NCBI GenBank assembly: GCA_965222615.1
Contig: CBDCUI010000008.1
Location: 128,001-192,000 of the forward strand
Length of the DNA stretch: 64,000 nucleotides
Direction: 5' to 3'
DNA from: Gammaproteobacteria bacterium
GTDB taxonomy: Bacteria > Pseudomonadota > Gammaproteobacteria > UBA4575
This document shows, piece by piece, positions 40,236 through 49,200 of this stretch (positions are counted from its first letter, which is position 1; the number at the start of each line of letters is the position of its first letter). Under the pieces are notes generated by a model. That model worked only from the letters and a program-made list of their open reading frames with translations. It was not told the DNA's origin and did no database searches. The translations under genes were made by a program, and so were the position numbers.

Positions 40236-43200
40236 CTATTGGCAGGCTTCACATTCTGGATCTAAGATCGAACAAGCCTTTGGTGCTTCGCTACCATTGC
40301 CGTTGCTCACGGCATTGAGTTTGCTTTCTCGACCTTGGATGGTACTTTTTTCTACATGTGTTGCGCCCATTGAGCGTAAGTAGTAAGTAGTTTTCAAACC
40401 ACGTACCCACGCCAACTTATACAAGTTATCCAATTTTTGGCCGGATGGCTCGGACATGTAGAGGTTGAGCGACTGTGCTTGATCAATCCACTTCTGACGC
40501 CGCGATGCGGCTTCTATTAACCAGCGTGGATCGATTTCAAACGCAGTGGCGTATAAATTTTTTAACTCTGCTGGAACACGATCGATGGATTGCACACTGC
40601 CATCAAAATATTTGAGGTCATTGGCCATGACTTCGTCCCAAAGATCACGTTCTTTCAAATCTTCAATCAAGTATGGATTGCTGACGGTGAATTCACCGGA
40701 TAAATTCGATTTCACATATAGGTTTTGATAGGTAGGTTCGATACTTTGAGTTACGCCGCAGATATTAGAAATGGTTGCAGTCGGTGCAATCGCCATGGTG
40801 TTGGAGTTGCGCATACCTACGGTTTTTACCCGTTGACGTAGGCTGTCCCAATCCATGCTGATGCTACGGTCTTGATTTAAATAACTGCCACGACCTTGTT
40901 CTAATAACTCGATGGAATCGATCGGCAATATGCCTTGTTCCCACAGTGAGCCTCTAAAGGTTGAATAAGTGCCGCGCTCTTCAGCTAAATCGGTGGAGGC
41001 CTTGATGGCGTAGTAACTAACTGCTTCCATGGAGCGATCGGCAAACTCTACGGCTTCTTCATTGCCATAAGGAATGTGCTGTTTATAGAGTGCATCTTGA
41101 AAACCCATCATGCCTAACCCCACTGGGCGATGGCGTAAGTTGGATTGACGTGCCTTGGATACACTGTAGTAGTTATATTCAATCACGTTGTCCAACATGC
41201 GCATGGCAGTGGTAATGGTTTCTTCAAGTTTTTTCAGGTTTAAACCGTTCTCGTCAATGTGTGCTGCGAGATTCACGGAACCTAAGTTACATACCGCAAT
41301 TTCATCATCATTGGTATTGAGGGTAATTTCCGTACACAGATTAGAAGAGTGCACTACCCCTGCATGTTGTTGCGGAGATCGTAAGTTGCAAGGATCTTTA
41401 AAGGTAATCCACGGATGGCCTGTTTCATATAACATGCCTAGCATCTTGCGCCATAGGTGCACGGCATTTACTTTTTTGCAGTTTTTAATTTCGCCACGCT
41501 CGGCCTTTTGTTCATACTCTAGGTAACGCGCTTCAAACTCTTTGCCACTTAGTTCGTGTAAGTCCGGCGTTTCATGCGGTGAGAATAATATCCAGTCTTG
41601 TTCTTCGCAGACACGTTTCATGAATAAATCCGGCACCCAATTGGCGGTGTTCATGTCGTGGGTACGACGACGATCGTCACCGGTGTTTTTGCGCAGCTCT
41701 AAAAATTCTTCAATGTCTAAATGCCAGGTTTCTAAATAGGCACACATGGCACCTTTACGCTTGCCGCCGTTGTGTGCAAGGGCAGCACTGGTCATGTAAC
41801 TCTCATCGCCCTCTACTTTAAGGTCATAAACAAAAAGCAGGGGTTTAATTTCACGGTGTGAACGAATGCGTGTAAAGATGTGACCTTTCCACTGCAACCA
41901 GTTTTGTTTTTTAATCGCTTTGCAGTTCACTAATGAGGCAATTTTCGCTACTGCAGGAATGCGCAGGTCAAAGGCCTTAACCGTTCCTTTGAATTGAATC
42001 TTTTCACCATCGGCACGTGTTGCACAGTGATCTTGCTGTCGTTCACGATATTGTCCTGCACTTGGAATGCCTAAGCGCAATAACTGGTAACGTAAGCCTT
42101 CAACTAATGCTTGTGAAGTATTGGTGAAGTAGATTTCTTTGCCGCGACTACTTGTCTTATTTTTATTGGCCCCATCAGTTTCTAATAAGCCTTTAATTAA
42201 TGAAAGCGTTTGTGTAGGAGGCAAATGCGCATAGCGTCTGGCAATACGTTTTTTGTTATTGGCGTTATACAAATCATCGCGAGAGAAAATAAAGCCGTTT
42301 TGGTCACCGCGTATAAAACGCCCGGTAGTGGCTTCACGTGCAACTCCAACATTTGCCGCCCAACCAAGTTGCATATAGTTTTTACGCTGATTCTTTTCCC
42401 AGAAATGAATTCCATGTTGCTTGAGGTAATTGCGTACAAACTCCAAGTATTCATCTTTATTTGGGTTCCCCGAAACACCCCATTCCAATCCATCTTTAGT
42501 GCAATGACCATCACCTAATAAAATGCCGTATAAGCGTGCATCGTCTTCGTCCATTCCCTCTACTGGAATCACTTCTTGCGGAATTACTTGTGCAACATAA
42601 TCGCCTTTGCTTAATTGCCCGGCTTCAATCCATTGCGCACGTGCTTTGCCTTTTTCTAGCCAGTTATAAGTGCGCTCGTTAGTTTGTTCCATGGGGATGC
42701 CTTGAATGGCCCACAGAGGATGGCCGGCCGTAACTTGCATGCTCGTTAAAGAATGTTTGGCGCACATCTCCACCATAGGGTCGGTTTGGTTGTAGGCCAT
42801 TTTGTCGATGACTTCGCGATATTGACCGCATTGGCCAAGTACTAAATCACCTGGCTCAATATCTTTAATGGATTTAGTTCCATCCGCGGTATACACCGTA
42901 GTGTCCGGTGCGAAACATTGATTCACGGCTACAGCAGTATCGTTGGCAACTTTAAGAAAAGGAACCACGCCTTGGGATTTGCCATTGGTGCCTTTGATGT
43001 GTGAACCCATGGCGCGTACGCGTGACCAATCGTTACCTAAGCCACCGGCAAACTTAGATAACATGGCATCGTCTTGAATGGCTTCAAAGATACCGTGTAA
43101 GTCATCCGGTACCGTAGTTAAATAACACGAAGATAACTGTGGGCGTAATGTGCCGGAGTTAAACAGGGTTGGGGTGGAACTCATGAAGTCAAAAGATGAC

Positions 43201-44288
43201 AACAAGTTGTAAAACTCGATGGTGCGTGCCTCGCGTTCTACTTCATTGGTGGCTAAACCCATGGCAACGCGCATGAAAAATGCTTGCGGTAATTCAAAGC
43301 GAGTGCCTTCACTATGAATAAAGTAACGATCATACAAAGTTTGCATGCCCAGATAGGTAAACTGGTGATCTCGTTCGGGCTTAATGGCCTTGCCTAATTT
43401 TTGTAAGTCGTACTCACTTGCCAGTTTTGTGTCCAATAACTCCAGCTCTGCGGCTTTGCGAATATAACGCTCAAAATAATCTGCGTATTGAAACGACATT
43501 TCTTTGAAAGTGGCTTCGCAAGGTACACCATGTACAAAACTCAGTGCTTCACGACGTAACGTATCGAGTAATAAGCGTGCAGTAACGTACGTGTAGTTAG
43601 GTTCTTGTTCAATCAAGGTACGTGCACTCATGGTAAGTGCAGTACCGACTTCGTTTTCAGGTATACCGTCGTATAAATTACGTAAGGTTTCGTCAATGAT
43701 AGGTTGCGCTGCTACGTGTTCGGTATCGACACAGGCTTCTTGCACCATGCGGGTTAAGCGCTCGGTGTCTAATGGTTTTTGTTTGCCTTGTGCATCCAAT
43801 ACATTGATGTCAGGAGAACCTTGTTGCAGTTCTTCTTCTTCGGTCTCTTGTTTGGCTTGTTGTGCACGCTCTTGTGAACGTTGCTCTCTGTATAGAACAT
43901 AGGCGCGGGCAATTTTGTGTTGGCCATAGCGCATTAAGGCCAACTCCACTTGATCTTGAATATCTTCTATATGAAAAGTGCCACCTTGAGGCCGGCTACG
44001 GGAGAGGGCATAAAAAACCTTATCGGTGATTTCATTCACCATCTCGTGAATACGGGATGAGGCCGCGGCATTACCCCCTTCTACCGCAAGGAATGCCTTA
44101 GTGACGGCGACCTTGATTTTGTCACGATCAAAGCTGGTGACTTTGCCATTACGGCGAATTACACGGTACTGCCCAGGCGCAGTAGCCGCTATTTCAAGGC
44201 TTGAAGGTTCAGTTTGTTCTTGGTCTGGACTGGGTCTTTTTTCGTCGGCAATAGTGGCAAGTTCTGGCTGCATTCGGTCTCTCAGCAA
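40236..44288 (-). CDS. nrdA: Class I ribonucleotide reductase alpha subunit with two ATP-cones and an intein
   Basis: VIRRNG ATP-cone plus second cone, STPTLFNSG, QLSSCY, SSNLCTEI, VCNLGS, APTATIS, KTTYY, C-terminal CEAC; start may be MQPEL at 44273. Confidence 0.96.
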   Translation of the reverse strand: MLRDRMQPELATIADEKRPSPDQEQTEPSSLEIAATAPGQYRVIRRNGKVTSFDRDKIKVAVTKAFLAVEGGNAAASSRIHEMVNEITDKVFYALSRSRPQGGTFHIEDIQDQVELALMRYGQHKIARAYVLYREQRSQERAQQAKQETEEEELQQGSPDINVLDAQGKQKPLDTERLTRMVQEACVDTEHVAAQPIIDETLRNLYDGIPENEVGTALTMSARTLIEQEPNYTYVTARLLLDTLRREALSFVHGVPCEATFKEMSFQYADYFERYIRKAAELELLDTKLASEYDLQKLGKAIKPERDHQFTYLGMQTLYDRYFIHSEGTRFELPQAFFMRVAMGLATNEVEREARTIEFYNLLSSFDFMSSTPTLFNSGTLRPQLSSCYLTTVPDDLHGIFEAIQDDAMLSKFAGGLGNDWSRVRAMGSHIKGTNGKSQGVVPFLKVANDTAVAVNQCFAPDTTVYTADGTKSIKDIEPGDLVLGQCGQYREVIDKMAYNQTDPMVEMCAKHSLTSMQVTAGHPLWAIQGIPMEQTNERTYNWLEKGKARAQWIEAGQLSKGDYVAQVIPQEVIPVEGMDEDDARLYGILLGDGHCTKDGLEWGVSGNPNKDEYLEFVRNYLKQHGIHFWEKNQRKNYMQLGWAANVGVAREATTGRFIRGDQNGFIFSRDDLYNANNKKRIARRYAHLPPTQTLSLIKGLLETDGANKNKTSSRGKEIYFTNTSQALVEGLRYQLLRLGIPSAGQYRERQQDHCATRADGEKIQFKGTVKAFDLRIPAVAKIASLVNCKAIKKQNWLQWKGHIFTRIRSHREIKPLLFVYDLKVEGDESYMTSAALAHNGGKRKGAMCAYLETWHLDIEEFLELRKNTGDDRRRTHDMNTANWVPDLFMKRVCEEQDWILFSPHETPDLHELSGKEFEARYLEYEQKAERGEIKNCKKVNAVHLWRKMLGMLYETGHPWITFKDPCNLRSPQQHAGVVHSSNLCTEITLNTNDDEIAVCNLGSVNLAAHIDENGLNLKKLEETITTAMRMLDNVIEYNYYSVSKARQSNLRHRPVGLGMMGFQDALYKQHIPYGNEEAVEFADRSMEAVSYYAIKASTDLAEERGTYSTFRGSLWEQGILPIDSIELLEQGRGSYLNQDRSISMDWDSLRQRVKTVGMRNSNTMAIAPTATISNICGVTQSIEPTYQNLYVKSNLSGEFTVSNPYLIEDLKERDLWDEVMANDLKYFDGSVQSIDRVPAELKNLYATAFEIDPRWLIEAASRRQKWIDQAQSLNLYMSEPSGQKLDNLYKLAWVRGLKTTYYLRSMGATHVEKSTIQGRESKLNAVSNGNGSEAPKACSILDPECEACQ
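41769..42917 (-). mobile_element. Intein (383 aa) with LAGLIDADG homing endonuclease and Gly at +1
   Basis: AVNQ|CFAPDTTVYTADG block A, VTAGHPLW block B, LYGILLGDGH and LIKGLLETDG endonuclease motifs, VYDLKVEG block F, ALAHN|GGKRKGA; removal restores AVNQGGKRKGA. Confidence 0.93.
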
Positions 44289-44390
44289 TATGTTCTAAGT
44301 TGTTGATTTTTATTCCATTTACCACATGTCCTCGTGAGTGTTTTTTATGTCCTCCGAGATCGGTCGAAGAGAGTGACTGTGGGATGCCAA

Positions 44391-44437
44391 ATACTATAAA
44401 TTGGGGTCTACAACTCGTCAAGCACAATATGTTGTGT
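44391..44437. promoter_or_regulatory. Tandem NrdR boxes
   Basis: ATACTATAAATTGGGG (44391) and GCACAATATGTTGTGT (44422), 31 bp apart, match acaCwAtATaTwGtgt upstream of nrdA. Confidence 0.85.
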
Positions 44438-44465
44438 ATATTTATTCCAATTCCTTTGGACAAGC

Positions 44466-44474
44466 TGTGGATAA
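44466..44474 (-). promoter_or_regulatory. DnaA box upstream of nrdA
   Basis: TGTGGATAA is the reverse complement of consensus TTATCCACA; next to the NrdR boxes. Confidence 0.7.
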
Positions 44475-44690
44475 GACCGTTCAATTATTACAGCAAGATT
44501 AAAAACCCTGAGCGTTAGTGGGGTTACAAAATTGCAACCATTTTTTTTGCTTTCTACATTAAAATCTTTCGATTGAATCAATAGAAAAGTTTTATAAAAT
44601 TTTTTCAAATTTTAACCGTTTATCCTGAGCAAGCTTTCAAAAACGACCGTTTAAATTTTTTCGGTTGGGCAAGTTGCTAAAATAGATTGG

Positions 44691-45071
44691 ATGAATGACC
44701 CGAAAAATCCATCCCAGAAAATTTCTGAGCAGGAAATCAAATTGCATGCGGAGCTGGCCGATCATGGTGGCTGTGCCAATTCTGAGCCGTTTGCCCTACG
44801 TGTGATGGGCGATAGCATGGAGCCTGAATTTAAAGATGGTCATATCATTATTATCGATTCGGCGGCAGCAGTTGAAAGTGGCAGTTATGTGTTGGCAATG
44901 GTCAATGATGAATATATTTTTCGCCAGTACATCATTGAAGATGGGCATCATTTATTACGTGCACTTAATGATGGCTATGAAGAAATTGAAATAAATGGGA
45001 TAGAAGCTATTCGTGGCGTGATTGTGCAACGAGCAGGGACTAGACGTAAAGAACACAAACATTACGTCTAA
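44691..45071 (+). CDS. Stand-alone S24 (LexA/UmuD-like) peptidase-fold protein
   Basis: FALRVMGDSMEPEFKDG.IIIID, L.ALN..Y; no DNA-binding domain. Confidence 0.82.
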   Translation: MNDPKNPSQKISEQEIKLHAELADHGGCANSEPFALRVMGDSMEPEFKDGHIIIIDSAAAVESGSYVLAMVNDEYIFRQYIIEDGHHLLRALNDGYEEIEINGIEAIRGVIVQRAGTRRKEHKHYV

Positions 45072-45141
45072 CTTTTCTTATATTTTTTTATAGAATTTAG
45101 TGCTTTTAAGCTGGTGCCTTTAATCTTGGATTCACCTAATA

Positions 45142-45732
45142 ATGAAAAAAAGGGAAATCAGAGCCATATACGATAATCATACAATAACTGTATATCAGGC
45201 CTATGGAGCTGAGATTGCAAAGCCTGCAATTAAAAATCAAACTTTTATTTCTCCATTTAAAATGAATCGCATGACTTGGATTAAACCGTCTTTTCTATGG
45301 ATGATGTATCGAAGTGGATGGTCGCATAAAGAAGGCCAGGAACATGTCTTATCGATAAAAATAACTCGCGAAGGTTGGGAATGGGCATTGAATCATTCTT
45401 GTTTGTCTCACTTTAGAAAAAATCTATATGCATCCGAAGAAAAATGGGGAAATGAATTACGGAAACAACCAGTTCGAATACAATGGGATCCTGAAAAAGA
45501 TATTTATTTAAATAATCTTGAATATAAATCGATTCAAGTTGGTTTATCTGGCGCTGCTGTTGAAAAATACGTAAACGAGTGGATAGTTAATATTTCTGAT
45601 ATCTCACAAGACTGCAAAAAAATACACTCTTTATTATCGAGCAATAAAATTGAACAAGCAGAAAGCTTATTACCTCACGAGAAAATATATCCTATTTCAG
45701 GCACTATTAGGAATATTATTAATGCTTCTTAA
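45142..45732 (+). CDS. DUF4291 domain protein
   Basis: IRAIYD..TITVYQAY, RMTWIKPSFLWMMYRSGW, VRIQWDPE, SIQVGL. Confidence 0.88.
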   Translation: MKKREIRAIYDNHTITVYQAYGAEIAKPAIKNQTFISPFKMNRMTWIKPSFLWMMYRSGWSHKEGQEHVLSIKITREGWEWALNHSCLSHFRKNLYASEEKWGNELRKQPVRIQWDPEKDIYLNNLEYKSIQVGLSGAAVEKYVNEWIVNISDISQDCKKIHSLLSSNKIEQAESLLPHEKIYPISGTIRNIINAS

Positions 45733-46247
45733 TCTGTTTCATCCAAAATTTCTAATTGATGTAGACAATGCTTTTTTATGATTTCGTTATCTGACGATGC
45801 AAGTGATTTAAGTTTTTCAATTGCATCGTCAGTTTTTATTGCTCCTAGAACATTGGCGCATTTTCGAATAAACGCATCTCCATCATCATACCAATAGTCA
45901 AGCGACATATGCATGGCTTTTACAACATGATCGATACAAGTTGGATTTTTAAACCACTGTAGCATTGTTGCAATATCTTCATGTTGTCTATGCCAATCAG
46001 CGGTAATTAATTCAGACAATGTTGGCACGTCATCAGCATTAAATGCTCTTGTTCCAGCAGGCAAATAGAAAATATATTCTAAATCCTCTCCTGACTTAGT
46101 AATTAAGGTATCTTTTAACAAGTTTGTTAGATAGTCATCATTATTTACTTCTTTAGAAGGATATTTAGAAAGAAACTCTTTTTTAGAAATAGTATTAGAT
46201 GCTAAATCTAAAATTAATTTTTTTTCTATATTAGTTAATCTTTTCAA
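45729..46247 (-). CDS. Cognate immunity protein of the Rhs toxin (helical, HEAT-like)
   Basis: 4-bp overlap with the toxin stop, AT-rich, WH.QHEDIA..LQ and IRKCA..LG.I.T..AIEKL..L. Confidence 0.75.
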   Translation of the reverse strand: MKRLTNIEKKLILDLASNTISKKEFLSKYPSKEVNNDDYLTNLLKDTLITKSGEDLEYIFYLPAGTRAFNADDVPTLSELITADWHRQHEDIATMLQWFKNPTCIDHVVKAMHMSLDYWYDDGDAFIRKCANVLGAIKTDDAIEKLKSLASSDNEIIKKHCLHQLEILDETD

Positions 46248-49200
46248 TTTTGAATTACTTCATGTGATTCGATATTTTTATTAAATATGTCAAGCGCCTT
46301 CCCTTTTCCTAAGCCAATATTAACTTGTTGCTGGTTATCAGATTTTCTCGTTTCAGTTTTAAAATACGCTTTATTTTCGTCAGCCCAGCCTTTAGTAACT
46401 TTAGGCAAATTTCCTTCTTGTTGTTTCACTAATTTAGATCCGTCAGACACACCAACAGATTTAAGTTGATCTTTTGTTCCGGCTTTAACATTAAACTTAA
46501 CTAGTACACCTCTAAATTTCTCTGAATAAGCTTGGGTGGGTGAAATGAAAGTTTCCGAAGTTGCCGGTATTTTACCAGTGCGAAGAAATTCCTCGTAATC
46601 TGCTCGACTCATAGCCCTATAAAACGTCTCTGCGCCTAACTTTGTTGTTTTGGCAGCTACGATACCACCTGCAGTCTTCTTAGCTTTAACTCTGGCAAGG
46701 ATTTGAGAAAGTTTACCCGCCTTCCCGAGTTTGGCGAGCCAACCCAAGCCAATAACGAGTGAGAGGCTATCATACGTACCTCGTCCAAATACCCTGGCAT
46801 ACTCGCAGTCATCGAGAAGTTCTACATAAGGTCCTTTGAGAGCTTCCCAAACCAACCAAGGGTCTTCTCTTAGTAGTTCTAAAAGTGCACGGAGATCATC
46901 AAGAGTTTGTTGACCTCTCCTATTGCTTGGTAACCACCAAGGGACGTCGTTCCCAAAAATTATGTCTGTAGCCTGACCTAAGATCGAGGTGTCAGCGGTG
47001 AGTACTGCTCCATCAAGAATGAGCTGACCCAAACCAATTATGTCTTCGCCTAAAGCTTTTCCGAATTCAAATGCAGCTTCACGAGAGTGTTCATTTACAA
47101 AGATAAGCCCCCCTGGAGTCAGGCTTAATACATAATCCCGTGCAGTTGGTTTTTTGGGAAAACCAAATGGCCCTGTTGTTGTATTAAATCCAACATCTCC
47201 TGCAACGGTTTGAAGTCCAAGTGGATCCATTCCACTTAGTGGATTTCCATCTACATACGCAAACGTATTCAGCCCGCCTTTGAGCCCAATCGGATCAGAA
47301 GTGAGGTAACGACCGGTTTGTGGATCGTAATCTCTTAAATAGTTGTAGTGTTGGCTACTTTCTTGATCGAAGTATTGGCCTGGAAAGCGTAGATTGAGGA
47401 CAAATGATCGGTGATATGTGGGTTGGGTAATTTCAGCCTCTCCAAAAGGAGAATAGCTGGCTTGCCAGATGATATTTTTATGTTTATCGGTGACACTTCG
47501 TGGCGTGCCCAAGTGATCGCTATGGATCGCATAGATCGTTTTCTTTTCCAGCTTGGCAATCGGCTGGTGTTCTTTGTAATAAATATATTGTGCAGTGATG
47601 CTTCCTTGTGCATTGGCTTCGGCAGTTAAGGTGTGTCCATCATATAAGTAGTAGGTAACCTGTTTTTGGTTTTGTGAATAAACAACTTTCTTGATGCGTT
47701 CCCCAAAGGTGTTGTAGGTATATTCAGCTTTCAGTTGGTTGTTTTCATAGTATTGAACAGGCCGTTGTTGGCTGTTGTAGACATAGCGTTTTTCATCTAG
47801 TTTTTGATTTGATGAAGTAACTGCTTCTGGACTGCCCGCTGGGTTGTATTGGTAGTGTTGTTCCGTGTTTTCACTTTCATTGGTTACTGTTGTGAGAGCA
47901 TTTCCTTGGCCTTCACTTCGATAGGTGTAGGTGGTCGTTTCATCATTCTTAATTTTCTGAATGCGGTTGCCGATTGCATCGTATTCATACCAGTATTCAT
48001 GATTTCGCACATGGGCGTAGGTGAGTTGGCCTAAGACGTTGTATTGATAACTGTCTTGATTGATGCCAGTGATGTTTCCGCGTTCGTCATAGGTGTAGTT
48101 AAAGCTCGGTACCTGGGTATTTTCGATGGCCAGCAGTTTGCCATCTAGAGCATAGGTATAGTCAGTGACGATACCATTGCCATGCACAACATGTTTGTGA
48201 GTGGGTGTGTCACTGCTATTGAGTTCGCCGATGATAGTGGTTCGGCCAATCAGATTTCCTCGGGTGATGGCGCGGAGTTTGTTTTTGTTCTCTCCCTTCT
48301 GATGATAGTGATAGCGCAGGGTTTGGCCATCCGGTAAGTATTTTTTGATCAGTTGTTGGCGTTCGTTGTAGGCGTATTTTGTGATGAAACTGTGGTCATC
48401 GATTTCTCTTGTGTGGGCAATCAAATTACCTGCTTCGTTATAGGCAAAGGTTTCGGTGGTGGCATTGGTTTTGATTACTGCGAGACGTCCACTGTTAGAG
48501 TCATAGCTTAGTGTGGTCTTATGTATGTTAGGGCCTTCTTCGGTTTGTCGCTGTACTAGTCGATTGGCGGCATCGTAGTGGTTCTTGGTTAGGTTGCCGG
48601 CAGCATCGGTTTTTTGGATGAGATTGCCGGCTGCATCGTATTGGTAGTTGGTGGTACCGGTATCAGCACTGGTTTGTTGCACGACATTGCCGAAGTCGTC
48701 TTGTAGGTATTCCGTTTTATTGTTTCTTGCATCGGTGAGTCCAGTGAGCTGTTGGGATTGTTGGTTGTAGTGGTAGCGCGTCGTTACATTCCCGGGTTGG
48801 GTCACGGCCAGCAGTTGACCAAAGGGGCCATAGTCGAGTTGGGTTTGGTTCTGGTTGCGATCAGTTATGCTGGTGATGCGGTCGTTGTCGTCATAGCCGT
48901 ATTCGGCGAGTTGATTTCCTTGTTGATCTTGGATGCTTTGTAATCGGTTTTGCGCATCATAGAGATAAGAAAGGGTTTGCCATTGTTGGCCCTGAGTGCT
49001 CAGCGTTCGGTGGATGTGTTTACCTTCGGTGTCGAGTTCCAGATTGAGTTGTCGTCCCTCACCATCGGTGAGTTGCTGGGCACGTCCGGCTGCATCATAG
49101 GTTACTTCTATTTTTTTGCCATCTGACGTTTCAATTTGAGTAAGACTGCCGGTGGCATCATAACGGTAGTCCACACTATTTAGGCCTTGTCGAATATGTT

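Noticed and set aside
46244-46630. TreTu (EF-Tu-modifying) toxin assignment
   Set aside because: Only the initial R.MS strand is similar to what I recall of that family; the downstream motifs differ, so the call was left at ART-like.
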